Shown piece after piece: positions 1 to 7,834 of a stretch of DNA of 25,060 nucleotides. Position numbers and translations under genes: made by a program. Source of the DNA: Lentisphaeria bacterium (GTDB lineage: Bacteria > Verrucomicrobiota > Lentisphaeria > Oligosphaerales > Oligosphaeraceae); NCBI GenBank assembly GCA_028699735.1, contig JAQVUB010000001.1, positions 1 to 25,060 of the forward strand, written 5' to 3'. Below the pieces are notes generated by a model. That model was not told the DNA's origin. It made no database searches and worked only from the letters and a program-made list of their open reading frames with translations. Position 1 is the first letter of the stretch, and each line of letters begins with the position of its first letter.

Positions 1-2135
1 CGTTTCGGGTCGATTCCGCAACGGATCAGGATATTGCCATCCTGGCTGACCAGAAATCGTCCGGCGACGGCAGTGGACTGGTTGCCGAACTGAGTGATAA
101 TGTTTTTGATCTTGCTCAATGGGACATCCATTCCCGCAACTCCATGAAGGTTACCTTTGGATCCTTTCACGGCCATCGAACAGGTGATGACCATTTCGTG
201 GGTGAGGGCATCCAGGTATGGGTTTCCCCAGACCGGTTTTCCCTCCCCTTTCAGTGCGGCCAGATACCATTCCCGTTGCTGCGGGTTGTAATCTGTGGTA
301 TAGGAACCGCTGCCGGGGTAGGACAAATGCAGGCCGTTGCTGAGGGTGAAATAGACCCAGGCCACGGACAGTCCGGTCGTCAGCATCTCATCATACAGTC
401 CCTGTTGATTTAAATTGTCTTCCTGCTGATTTTTACTGTTGCGCATCAGTTTGGGAATTTGCGAGTGCAACGGGCTGAGCTGTTTCAGCAGGCTGTCAAA
501 TGCTTTCAAGTTTTGCCCGCCCGTCATAAAAGCGGTAAAATGTTCCGGATCAATGACTTGATTATAGGCTATAGAAAACGTCGCACTGGCCGGTCTGGTT
601 TGCTCAGACTGATAATCCAGATAATGAACAAAGCGATTTTTGGTATGGTTTCCGGAATTCCGGTTTTCCAGCAGCATCAACAGGTTGTCTCCGAGATGAT
701 CCAGCATATTTTCCAGGCTGGCGATTTGGCGGTCGATGGCCATGCCGGTTTCGCCCACCCGGTTGTAGGCCATACCCGCGGCAATATTGCGGTTCTGAAA
801 GGCAACCGTTTCCTGCATCTGCCGCATCAGTGACCAGGCATGCAGGGACAACAATGAGATCAGCAATAAACTGACTCCAGCCAGGACGAGACGGCGGTGA
901 TTCATGCTCCAGCGATTGATCCTGCCCCAGAAATGATCCGGGTTTGCGGAAACTTCCTCTCCGAGCATATAGCGTCGCACATCCTCGGCAAGGGCATCGA
1001 CCGTCTGGTAACGTTGCTCCCGGTCAAAGGCCATCGCCTTGTTAATGATTGCCTTCACATCGCCGTCAATGCGGAATCGGAAGCGTGATTTGATCGGGTT
1101 GCGCAGATTGTTTTTAATATTTTGCATGACCGCATTGGAGGACTTTCCGCTGTAGGCATGTTCCATCGTGGCGATTTCAAAGAGAATGGCTCCCAGTGCA
1201 AAAATATCGCTGCGTTCATCGCGGCCCTGATGCAGCAATGCCTCCGGCGGCATGAAACGCGGTGTGCCATTCATCACCGTCAGACTTTCCCGGGTCAGGG
1301 TTTTGCCGTCGGGTTCGTAGATCAGTTTGGCAATGCCCCAGTCCATGACATAGGTCTCATTGTATTCCCCGATCATGATGTTTTCCGGTTTCAGATCGCA
1401 ATGCATAATATTGCGCGAATGGGCATAACTGATCGCATCGCAAACCCGCAAAAAGATATCCAGCCGGTAATGCAGCCCTTTCTTCAGATCAAATTTTCGC
1501 ACCCCTTCCATTTCATAATGCAGAATGATTTTTTCCAGATATTCTTTCAGGGTTTGCCCTTTGACCAGTTTCATTGCCAAATGGATGCCATTCTGCTGAT
1601 CTTTGTTCAGGCTGTAAATCGGGACGATCGTCGGATGATCCAGCTGGGCAGTCACTTGTGCTTCGGTCAGAAAACAATCCCGGGCAAGCTTGTCCGCGGT
1701 CAATTCCTGGCGGAGGGATTTGAGGGCGACTTCGCGTTTCAGGGAGAGATCCCGGGCTCTTGCCAGAATACCCTGGCCTCCTTCGGCGATGCTTTTGCCG
1801 ATATCAAAACACTTGTCGACTTCGACCAGCTCCACATTTTCGTCGGCAGATACATGTAACGCATAACTCATATTCTTAGCCTGCCGGCGAATCTGGTCTG
1901 CCAGCAGAGCATCAAGATCACAACCCTTTTCAAAAAGCGGAGAAGTGAAAATGCCGGTGGTTCCACTGCTTTTGGGACGACGCTTGCGTTTATGAACCGC
2001 TACCGGGTCACTCTCCGTTACCAGCTTTTCCAGTTCATCCAGAGAAATTTTATAAGTTACATCCGGGCCGGTCGCAGAATCTGCGCCGGAAGTGTGAGTA
2101 TTTTTGGATGTTTGTGGTTCATTTTCCGAAGGCAT
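1..2135 (-). CDS. Membrane Ser/Thr protein kinase with C-terminal extracytoplasmic dCache_1 domain (3' end runs off the window; absent from the ORF track)
   Basis: Manual minus-strand translation from the ATG at 2135 (AGAGGA RBS about 9 nt upstream) is open to position 1. It shows the kinase motifs IAEGGQG, EVALK, HCDLKPEN, VMDWGIAK and NGTPRFMPPE. A hydrophobic segment (LVLAGVSLLLISLLSLHAW) follows, then Cache motifs YNPQQREWY, PVWGNPYLD and HGVAGMD. The start codon is the best guess. Confidence 0.92.
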   Translation of the reverse strand, partial: MPSENEPQTSKNTHTSGADSATGPDVTYKISLDELEKLVTESDPVAVHKRKRRPKSSGTTGIFTSPLFEKGCDLDALLADQIRRQAKNMSYALHVSADENVELVEVDKCFDIGKSIAEGGQGILARARDLSLKREVALKSLRQELTADKLARDCFLTEAQVTAQLDHPTIVPIYSLNKDQQNGIHLAMKLVKGQTLKEYLEKIILHYEMEGVRKFDLKKGLHYRLDIFLRVCDAISYAHSRNIMHCDLKPENIMIGEYNETYVMDWGIAKLIYEPDGKTLTRESLTVMNGTPRFMPPEALLHQGRDERSDIFALGAILFEIATMEHAYSGKSSNAVMQNIKNNLRNPIKSRFRFRIDGDVKAIINKAMAFDREQRYQTVDALAEDVRRYMLGEEVSANPDHFWGRINRWSMNHRRLVLAGVSLLLISLLSLHAWSLMRQMQETVAFQNRNIAAGMAYNRVGETGMAIDRQIASLENMLDHLGDNLLMLLENRNSGNHTKNRFVHYLDYQSEQTRPASATFSIAYNQVIDPEHFTAFMTGGQNLKAFDSLLKQLSPLHSQIPKLMRNSKNQQEDNLNQQGLYDEMLTTGLSVAWVYFTLSNGLHLSYPGSGSYTTDYNPQQREWYLAALKGEGKPVWGNPYLDALTHEMVITCSMAVKGSKGNLHGVAGMDVPLSKIKNIITQFGNQSTAVAGRFLVSQDGNILIRCGIDPK

Positions 2136-2301
2136 TGCCGAAGGTCCTCTTCCTGTTGATACAAAGTCGGAATTCCGGCGTGCAGCACGGTTGACGTTGT
2201 CCAGTTCGCGGGAAAAACAGTTTTCATTCCTACGCTAACTCTCTATACTATATCTGCAATGCCCGGGAAAATCCACTGCTCATAGAACCCGTCCAAAAAC
2301 C

Positions 2302-2342
2302 TTTTTAACAACGAAAACACACGAAAAAACACGAAAATTTTT
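2302..2342 (+). repeat. Single arm of the AACAACGAAA/CACGAAA intergenic repeat family
   Basis: TTTTTAACAACGAAAACACACGAAAAAACACGAAAATTTTT matches the arms at 9208, 11115, 16980, 22259 and 24829. Confidence 0.85.
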
Positions 2343-2412
2343 ATGAAGTCTTAATTTGGAGTGATTCATAGCATTTCCATGAGGAATGTAAAAGTAATTT
2401 TGTTATAAGCCC

Positions 2413-3678
2413 TTAGTTTCTTGAGGTCAGCACATTTTTCTCATAATCGCGGATGGGGTTGATGATCTCGCAGTCCGCCATTCTGTTCCGGGAGAGGCAG
2501 TAATAGTTCCAGACGGCACCCCAGGGCAGAAGCTTGATGGCCTCTTTTCCGGCAAGGCGGGCGGTGAAGTTCCCTCGTTCTTCGGATTCACAAATTTCCT
2601 TGGAGGGTTCCAGCAGGCCGATCAGCAGCGCCTTCTGCCAGTTTCTGGCGCCGATGACCCAGGCGGCAATGCGGTTGATGCTGGCATCAAAATAGTCCAG
2701 CGTGAAAAAGATGTTGTTGCCGTTCCAGTTCCGCACCGCTTCCCGTCCGAGATCCAGAAGGGCATCGTCCAGTACCGTCACATGGTCGCTGTCCCAGCGG
2801 ACGCCGCGGCTGATATGGAGCAGGATCCGTCCCTGTTGGCAACAGATGGCCGAAAGCTTGTCGGCAATCGATTCCGTGGGGTGGAAGTGCCCGGTGTCAA
2901 GGCAGATCAGCTTGTTTCGTTTGGCTGCATAGGGCAGATAGAAATCATGTGAGCCGACGGTATAGGATTCCACACCGATGCCGAAAAGCTTTGCTTCGAC
3001 GGCATCCAGGACTTCCGTTTCCGGGATGGCTTCACTGAAGATCTTGTCGAGGGAGTCTCTGAGCCGTTCACGGGGGGCAAGCCTGTCAGCCGGGGTATCC
3101 TTGTAGCCGTCAGGCACCCATTGATTGCACACTGCGGCAGAGCCAAGGCGTCGGGCGAAGGCGGCAGCAATGCGCCTGCAGGCCTGCCCATGCCCAATCC
3201 AGAATTCCCGGATGGCTTGATCGGGGTGGGAGAGGGAAAGTCCCCTGTCCAGTTTCGGATGAGAATAAAAGGCCGGGGCGATATCCATGCCGATCTTCCG
3301 GTCAGCAGCCCAGTCGAGCCATCCGGCAAAGTTTTCAATATCCAGGGTATCCCTGTCCTGACCGGGACGAAGCATGTCCATTTCGTGACCTTGCAGACAA
3401 ACCCGCAACTTTTTGCCGGGAAGCAGTTTCATGGCTTCATCCAGATCCTGACGGAGTTCTTCAGACGTCCGCGCCCTGCCGGGATAGTTCCCGGTCACCT
3501 GGCAGCCGCCGGTCAGCGCATGATCGGTATTCTCGAAGCCCACGACATCATCGCCCTGCCAGGCATGAATGCTCAGCGGAATCTCATCCAGAGAAGCCAT
3601 TACTTTTTCCGTGTCAATACCCAGGGAGGCATAGAGTTCACGGGCGGCGGAATACATCTTCTCAGTCATATCCATCAT
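2413..3678 (-). CDS. rhaA: L-rhamnose isomerase (RhaA family)
   Basis: Motifs SIHAWQGDDVVGFE, TGNYPGRAR, VEAKLFGIGVESYTVGS, LDTGHFHPTE, LHISRGVRWDSDHV and DYFDASINRIAAWVIG. GAGGT RBS upstream. The start could be 3678 or 3675. Confidence 0.9.
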   Translation of the reverse strand: MMDMTEKMYSAARELYASLGIDTEKVMASLDEIPLSIHAWQGDDVVGFENTDHALTGGCQVTGNYPGRARTSEELRQDLDEAMKLLPGKKLRVCLQGHEMDMLRPGQDRDTLDIENFAGWLDWAADRKIGMDIAPAFYSHPKLDRGLSLSHPDQAIREFWIGHGQACRRIAAAFARRLGSAAVCNQWVPDGYKDTPADRLAPRERLRDSLDKIFSEAIPETEVLDAVEAKLFGIGVESYTVGSHDFYLPYAAKRNKLICLDTGHFHPTESIADKLSAICCQQGRILLHISRGVRWDSDHVTVLDDALLDLGREAVRNWNGNNIFFTLDYFDASINRIAAWVIGARNWQKALLIGLLEPSKEICESEERGNFTARLAGKEAIKLLPWGAVWNYYCLSRNRMADCEIINPIRDYEKNVLTSRN

Positions 3679-3783
3679 TCACCTCTTTCCAGTTTTTCGC
3701 TTTCAGCGTTTCAGGACGCGTCTCATACTATAACATCTTGTATTTTTCCATCCAGCAACGCGTCCGATGAAGCTGGCAACGGA

Positions 3784-3833
3784 TTTTTTTTTAACAACGA
3801 AAAGACTGTCACCCAGTTTCACTGACGCCGTAC
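3784..3833 (+). repeat. Truncated AACAACGAAA arm fused to the family's flank motif
   Basis: T9-AACAACGAAAAG is followed by ACTGTCACCCAGTTTCACTGACGCCGTAC, which closely resembles 22390-22416 (ACTGTCACTCAGTTTCTGACGCAGTAC). Confidence 0.65.
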
Positions 3834-3954
3834 AGAGTACATTACGAACATTTTTCTACTTGGCGGGGAGGCGGGTGGTCAGGTTGGATTGAGGGTTTAT
3901 TTTATAGAGGGTGTCTTGGGATCTTATTTGCTGTTTTCTTCTGGAGTTTATTTC

Positions 3955-5055
3955 TTGTCATCACAGGCTGCACAAATTTATTTGCTGACCGGAAGCGATT
4001 TGTCACAAATCACTCTCGAGGCTGACAAGCTGATGTTGCAGCTGGCGGGCCCCTCGCCGGATCCCTTTTCCTGCGACATCATACAGGAGGGGGAAAGCGG
4101 TCCTTCCCCGGATTTGATCCGGAGCCTGTTGCGTTCGCTGGATTCGCCTTCGTTTTTTGCTGGCAGCAAGATTGTCTGGCTGAAGCATTTCAGCGGGTTT
4201 GCAACGGAGAGTGAGAGCAAAGGGAAGAGTGGTGGTGAAGCATCTCTGAAGGAGTTGGCGAAGCGTATTCAGGATGGGCTGCCAGCTGATATTATTCTGG
4301 TCATGGACGGGCCCGGCTGCGATCGGCGCAAAGCGCTGGCTAAAGCCTGCGAGGCAAAAGGGGAACTGCGCGTCTTCAACCGTCCGGATGTAGGAAAAAA
4401 GACGGGTCTTGCCGAGATGGCTGCGATTCTGCGTGGCAGTGCGGCAGGCAAGGGAGTCACTTTGTCGCGGGATGCGGAGGAATATCTTCTGGATGCTTTA
4501 GGAGGAGATACTTCGCTGATCGACGGCGAACTGGAAAAACTGATTTGTTATTGCGGTGGGGTCGGGCAGACGATTACCCGTGAGGCGGCGGAAGAGCTCT
4601 GCTTCAATCGGGCAGAAGAACAGGTTTGGGCTTTGGGGGATTGCCTTGGCAAACGTGATTTGCGGGATGCCTTGGCGAAGGTTGACAGCATGGTTACTTC
4701 CAGCAAGGATCCTGACCGCACAGCACGCTCTCTGATCTTCAATGCCGCCAATTATTTCCGGCAGGCGTTGCGCATGCTCCTGTTCATGTCCGAGCACAAA
4801 CTGAAAACGCCGCGGGATGTCAATGCTTTCCTGGTCGGTCATCCGGAAATCAGCAAAGGAGCTGAAAAGGGCAGTATCGAAGGTATGCACCCATACCGCG
4901 CGATGATGGTTGCAGAACAGGCACAGAGATATACGCCGGCACAGATGATCCAGGCCGTGAAAACGCTCCGCGATGCACTCTGGCAGACCACCAGCTCGGC
5001 AATCAATCCGCAGCTGGCACTCGAAAACGCCTTGCTGAAAATCCTGGGAACGTGA
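3955..5055 (+). CDS. holA: DNA polymerase III subunit delta
   Basis: N-terminal IYLLTGSD, central LIDGELEKLICY, EQVWALGDCLGKRD, HPYRAMMVAEQA and C-terminal PQLALENALLKI fit HolA. A TTG start at 3955 with GGAG 8 nt upstream is preferred over the ORF-track start at 3889. Confidence 0.85.
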   Translation: MSSQAAQIYLLTGSDLSQITLEADKLMLQLAGPSPDPFSCDIIQEGESGPSPDLIRSLLRSLDSPSFFAGSKIVWLKHFSGFATESESKGKSGGEASLKELAKRIQDGLPADIILVMDGPGCDRRKALAKACEAKGELRVFNRPDVGKKTGLAEMAAILRGSAAGKGVTLSRDAEEYLLDALGGDTSLIDGELEKLICYCGGVGQTITREAAEELCFNRAEEQVWALGDCLGKRDLRDALAKVDSMVTSSKDPDRTARSLIFNAANYFRQALRMLLFMSEHKLKTPRDVNAFLVGHPEISKGAEKGSIEGMHPYRAMMVAEQAQRYTPAQMIQAVKTLRDALWQTTSSAINPQLALENALLKILGT

Positions 5056-5058
5056 TTA

Positions 5059-5528
5059 ATGGACGATGGACGATAGACGATGGACGATGGACGATAGACG
5101 AGGGACGATAGACGAGGGACAAGGGACGAAGGACAAGGGACGATGGACGAGGGACGATAGACGAGGGACCTTATGGACCCTATGGACCTTATGGACCCTA
5201 TGGACGTGGACGAAGGACGAGGGACAGAATGGACAAGCTTTCAGACAAGAATAAGCTATAGAGCCTTTTATTGCCAGAGAGCTTGTCCATTCAGTCCCTC
5301 GTCCATACGGTCCCTCGTCCTTCGTCCACGTCCATAGGGTCCATAAGGTCCATAGGGTCCATAAGGTCCCTCGTCCTTCGTCCATCGTCCCTCGTCCTTC
5401 GTCCACGTCCATAGGGTCCATAAGGTCCCTCGTCTATCGTCCCTCGTCCTTCGTCCACGTCCATAGGGTCCATAAGGTCCATAGGGTCCATAAGGTCCCT
5501 CGTCCCTTGTCCCTCGTCCCTCGTCCAT
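5059..5528. repeat. Fold-back GGAC microsatellite palindrome, copy 1
   Basis: The left arm 5059-5239 is built from 7-mers (ATGGACG/ATAGACG/AGGGACG/AAGGACG) and 9-mers (TTATGGACC/CTATGGACC). The right arm 5280-5528 is its reverse complement, with three higher-order modules. The arms enclose a 40-nt unique loop closed by the perfect 13-bp pair GAATGGACAAGCT/AGCTTGTCCATTC. Confidence 0.95.
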
Positions 5529-5619
5529 GGACACAATCGGGCAAAGATAAGAAGGGGCGAGTATATTATACTGGCTTGTTTTGCAAATTTATTACATCAG
5601 AGCAACGGGTGACGTGACT

Positions 5620-6357
5620 ATGAGCAATACGGATCTTGAAAATAATCTGGATGTCTTGGAAATTCTTTCCGAAGCGTTGACGATACCGCGTACGCTGGAT
5701 GAGGGTTTGGAGAAGATTGTGCGGATCACCTGCCGTCTGATGGAGACTGAGCAGGCCGCCTTTCTGCTGATTGACGAGCAGCAGCAACGCTTTATCATCC
5801 GTTCCGCGGCTGGTATTGACAGCCCGAATTTTCAGGTGGGGCAACCGCTGGTTTTGCCGGATCGCCTACTGAATATCCTGTGGCGGTTGCAAAATCTGCA
5901 CCAGATCAACTGGTTCGATACCGGCATCCATGGTTTGAAATTTCCCATCATTGCGATGCCGATTCATTTTCGCGGTATCCGGATCGGGCATCTGGTCACT
6001 GGCGGGTCGAAGGATGCTTCCAAAACGAAGGATCCGATCCGTCGCAACATGTTTTCGTTGCTGGCTCCGTTTGCTTCGCTGATCATTGAGAATTCCAAAG
6101 CGGCGGATTTGTTGTCGCAGCGTTTTGCCTTGAGTTCACGGGAATTGCTGAAGGCAGCCGAGCAGGAAGCCAAAGGGGGGGATGCGGCCGGGCAGTTGAT
6201 GGTGACCAGCATCCGGAATCCGTTGAAGGTAGTACGTTTGCTGGCGGAATCTTTTCACCGGGAATTGTCCAGTGCGGGATTCAGTCCGGGGCAGATCACG
6301 GTTGCGGCGGCGCATTTGCTGGATTGCATCATCAAATCCGGAAACAACGGAAAATAA
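5620..6357 (+). CDS. GAF-domain protein with short helical C-terminal domain, no recognisable output enzyme
   Basis: The N-terminus (TLDEGLEKIVRITCRLMETEQAAFLLID...IIRSAAG, IIAMPIHFRGIRIGHL) follows the GAF pattern. The C-terminus is NPLKVVRLLAESFHRELSSAGFSPGQITVAAAHLL. The ATG at 5620 is preferred to the TTG at 5581. Confidence 0.7.
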   Translation: MSNTDLENNLDVLEILSEALTIPRTLDEGLEKIVRITCRLMETEQAAFLLIDEQQQRFIIRSAAGIDSPNFQVGQPLVLPDRLLNILWRLQNLHQINWFDTGIHGLKFPIIAMPIHFRGIRIGHLVTGGSKDASKTKDPIRRNMFSLLAPFASLIIENSKAADLLSQRFALSSRELLKAAEQEAKGGDAAGQLMVTSIRNPLKVVRLLAESFHRELSSAGFSPGQITVAAAHLLDCIIKSGNNGK

Positions 6358-6360
6358 TCG

Positions 6361-6386
6361 TTTTCGTGTTTTTCGTGGTTAAAAAA
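6361..6386 (-). repeat. Single arm of the CACGAAA repeat family
   Basis: TTTTCGTGTTTTTCGTGGTTAAAAAA lies 3 nt after the GAF gene stop. Confidence 0.8.
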
Positions 6387-6406
6387 TCCCGGGAAGGGAA
6401 TTCGAA

Positions 6407-7780
6407 ATGACATTGTGGAGTGGCAGATTTTCAGAGGGAACGGATGGTCTTGTACAGGCTTTTACCGAATCGATTTCCTATGACCGGCGTTTATATCCCT
6501 ATGATATCGCCGGCAGTATAGCGCATGCGCGAATGCTCGGGCGCCAGGGCATCATTCCTGCGGAGGATGCTGACAAAATCGTCGCCGGGCTGCAGGTTGT
6601 CAAGAGCGAAATCGATGACGGGAAGTTTGTTTTTCACACGGAGCTTGAAGATATTCACATGAATATTGAGGCGCGCCTGACGGAGCTGATCGGGCCGGCG
6701 GGGGCACGTCTGCATACCGGGCGCAGCCGCAACGACCAGATTGCCACCGATGAAAGACTGTATCTCCGTCAGGAATGCAGTGAACTGGATCAATTTTTAC
6801 TGCGGATGCAGAAGGCTCTGCTGTCGGTTGCCGAACGGAATCCCGCGGTGATTATGCCGGGATTCACGCATCTGCAGCATGCACAGCCGGTGCTTTTTGC
6901 GCATCATTTGCTGGCCTATGTCGAAATGTTCAACCGCGATCGCGAACGCGTTTCCGATGCCAGGAAGCGCATCAATCGTCTGCCGCTGGGTTCCGCTGCG
7001 ATTGCCGGCTCGACACTGCCGCTGGATCGTGATTTTGTCGCTGCCGAGCTGGGCTTTGAAACGCTGCTCTTCAACAGCATGGATGCAGTCGGAGACCGGG
7101 ACTATCTCGTCGAATTTCTCTCCTGCCTGGCGATTTGTGCGATGCATATTTCCCGCTTGTCGGAAGATGTCATACTCTGGTTCAGCCAGGAGTTCGCCTT
7201 TGTCGAAATCGGGGATGCCTTCACGACCGGCTCGAGTCTGATGCCACAGAAAAAGAATCCGGATGTCGCTGAGCTTGCGCGCGGCAAAACAGGGCGGGTC
7301 TACGGGCATCTGATGGCTTTGCTGACGACGCTTAAAGGCCTGCCGCTGACGTATAACCGGGATTTGCAGGAAGACAAGGAAGGCCTCTTTGATGCGCTCG
7401 ATACAGTGAAACATACCTTGGCGACGTTTGCTGCTATGCTGGCTACCCTGAAACCGGTGCCTGCGCGAATGCAGGAAGCCGCTTCGGATTCTTTCCTGAT
7501 GGCCACGGATCTGGCTGAATGGCTGGTGCGCCAGGGAGTTCCGTTCCGCGATGCACATCACCAGGTTGGACGCTTTGTGGCCGCCTGCATCGCACGGAGG
7601 CAGAGTCTGGCGGAAGCCAGTCTGGAACAAATGCAGGAATGCATTCCTCTGGCTACTGAAGAATGTCTGCAGCTGTGGGATGCCAGTCATAGTGTTGCCG
7701 CCCGAAATCTTCCGGGGGGAACCGCCCCGGCACAAGTTCATAAGAGACTCGAATTCTGGTCAGTAAAACTGTGTTCGTGA
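6407..7780 (+). CDS. argH: Argininosuccinate lyase
   Basis: LWSGRF, EDIHMNIE, LHTGRSRNDQ, MPGFTHLQHAQP, the fumarase/aspartase superfamily signature GSSLMPQKKNPD, and YNRDLQEDKE. Confidence 0.97.
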   Translation: MTLWSGRFSEGTDGLVQAFTESISYDRRLYPYDIAGSIAHARMLGRQGIIPAEDADKIVAGLQVVKSEIDDGKFVFHTELEDIHMNIEARLTELIGPAGARLHTGRSRNDQIATDERLYLRQECSELDQFLLRMQKALLSVAERNPAVIMPGFTHLQHAQPVLFAHHLLAYVEMFNRDRERVSDARKRINRLPLGSAAIAGSTLPLDRDFVAAELGFETLLFNSMDAVGDRDYLVEFLSCLAICAMHISRLSEDVILWFSQEFAFVEIGDAFTTGSSLMPQKKNPDVAELARGKTGRVYGHLMALLTTLKGLPLTYNRDLQEDKEGLFDALDTVKHTLATFAAMLATLKPVPARMQEAASDSFLMATDLAEWLVRQGVPFRDAHHQVGRFVAACIARRQSLAEASLEQMQECIPLATEECLQLWDASHSVAARNLPGGTAPAQVHKRLEFWSVKLCS

Positions 7781-7806
7781 TGTTCGTGTCTTTCGTGGTT
7801 AAAAAA
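7774..7806 (-). repeat. Single arm of the CACGAAA repeat family overlapping the argH stop codon
   Basis: TTCGTGATGTTCGTGTCTTTCGTGGTTAAAAAA; the argH TGA (7778-7780) lies inside the first TTCGTG unit. Confidence 0.8.
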
Positions 7807-7834
7807 TACCACAGGGATTGAAGGAGTTTTTGCG

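Noticed and set aside
144-1859. Plus-strand ORFs 144-413, 459-833, 897-1088 and 1122-1859
   Set aside because: They are codon-in-register antisense shadows of the minus-strand kinase and have no recognisable motifs.
2057-2227. Short minus-strand ORF from the ATG at 2227, considered as a frameshifted kinase N-terminus
   Set aside because: The kinase frame has its own ATG with RBS at 2135, and there is no slippery site or homology supporting a frameshift.
5166-5205. High density of GGWCC sites in the 9-mer units, considered as a methylation or restriction decoy
   Set aside because: It follows directly from the unit sequence, and no methyltransferase or nuclease gene in the window supports it.
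5059-5528. Possible CRISPR array (also considered for 19742-20023)
   Set aside because: The units are 7-9 bp tandem repeats in inverted arms. There are no 23-50 bp direct repeats with unique spacers and no cas genes.
5056-5536. ORFs such as TLWTLWT, PYGPYG and MDPMDLMD
   Set aside because: They are translations of the GGAC microsatellite, lack an RBS, and arise in several frames on both strands.
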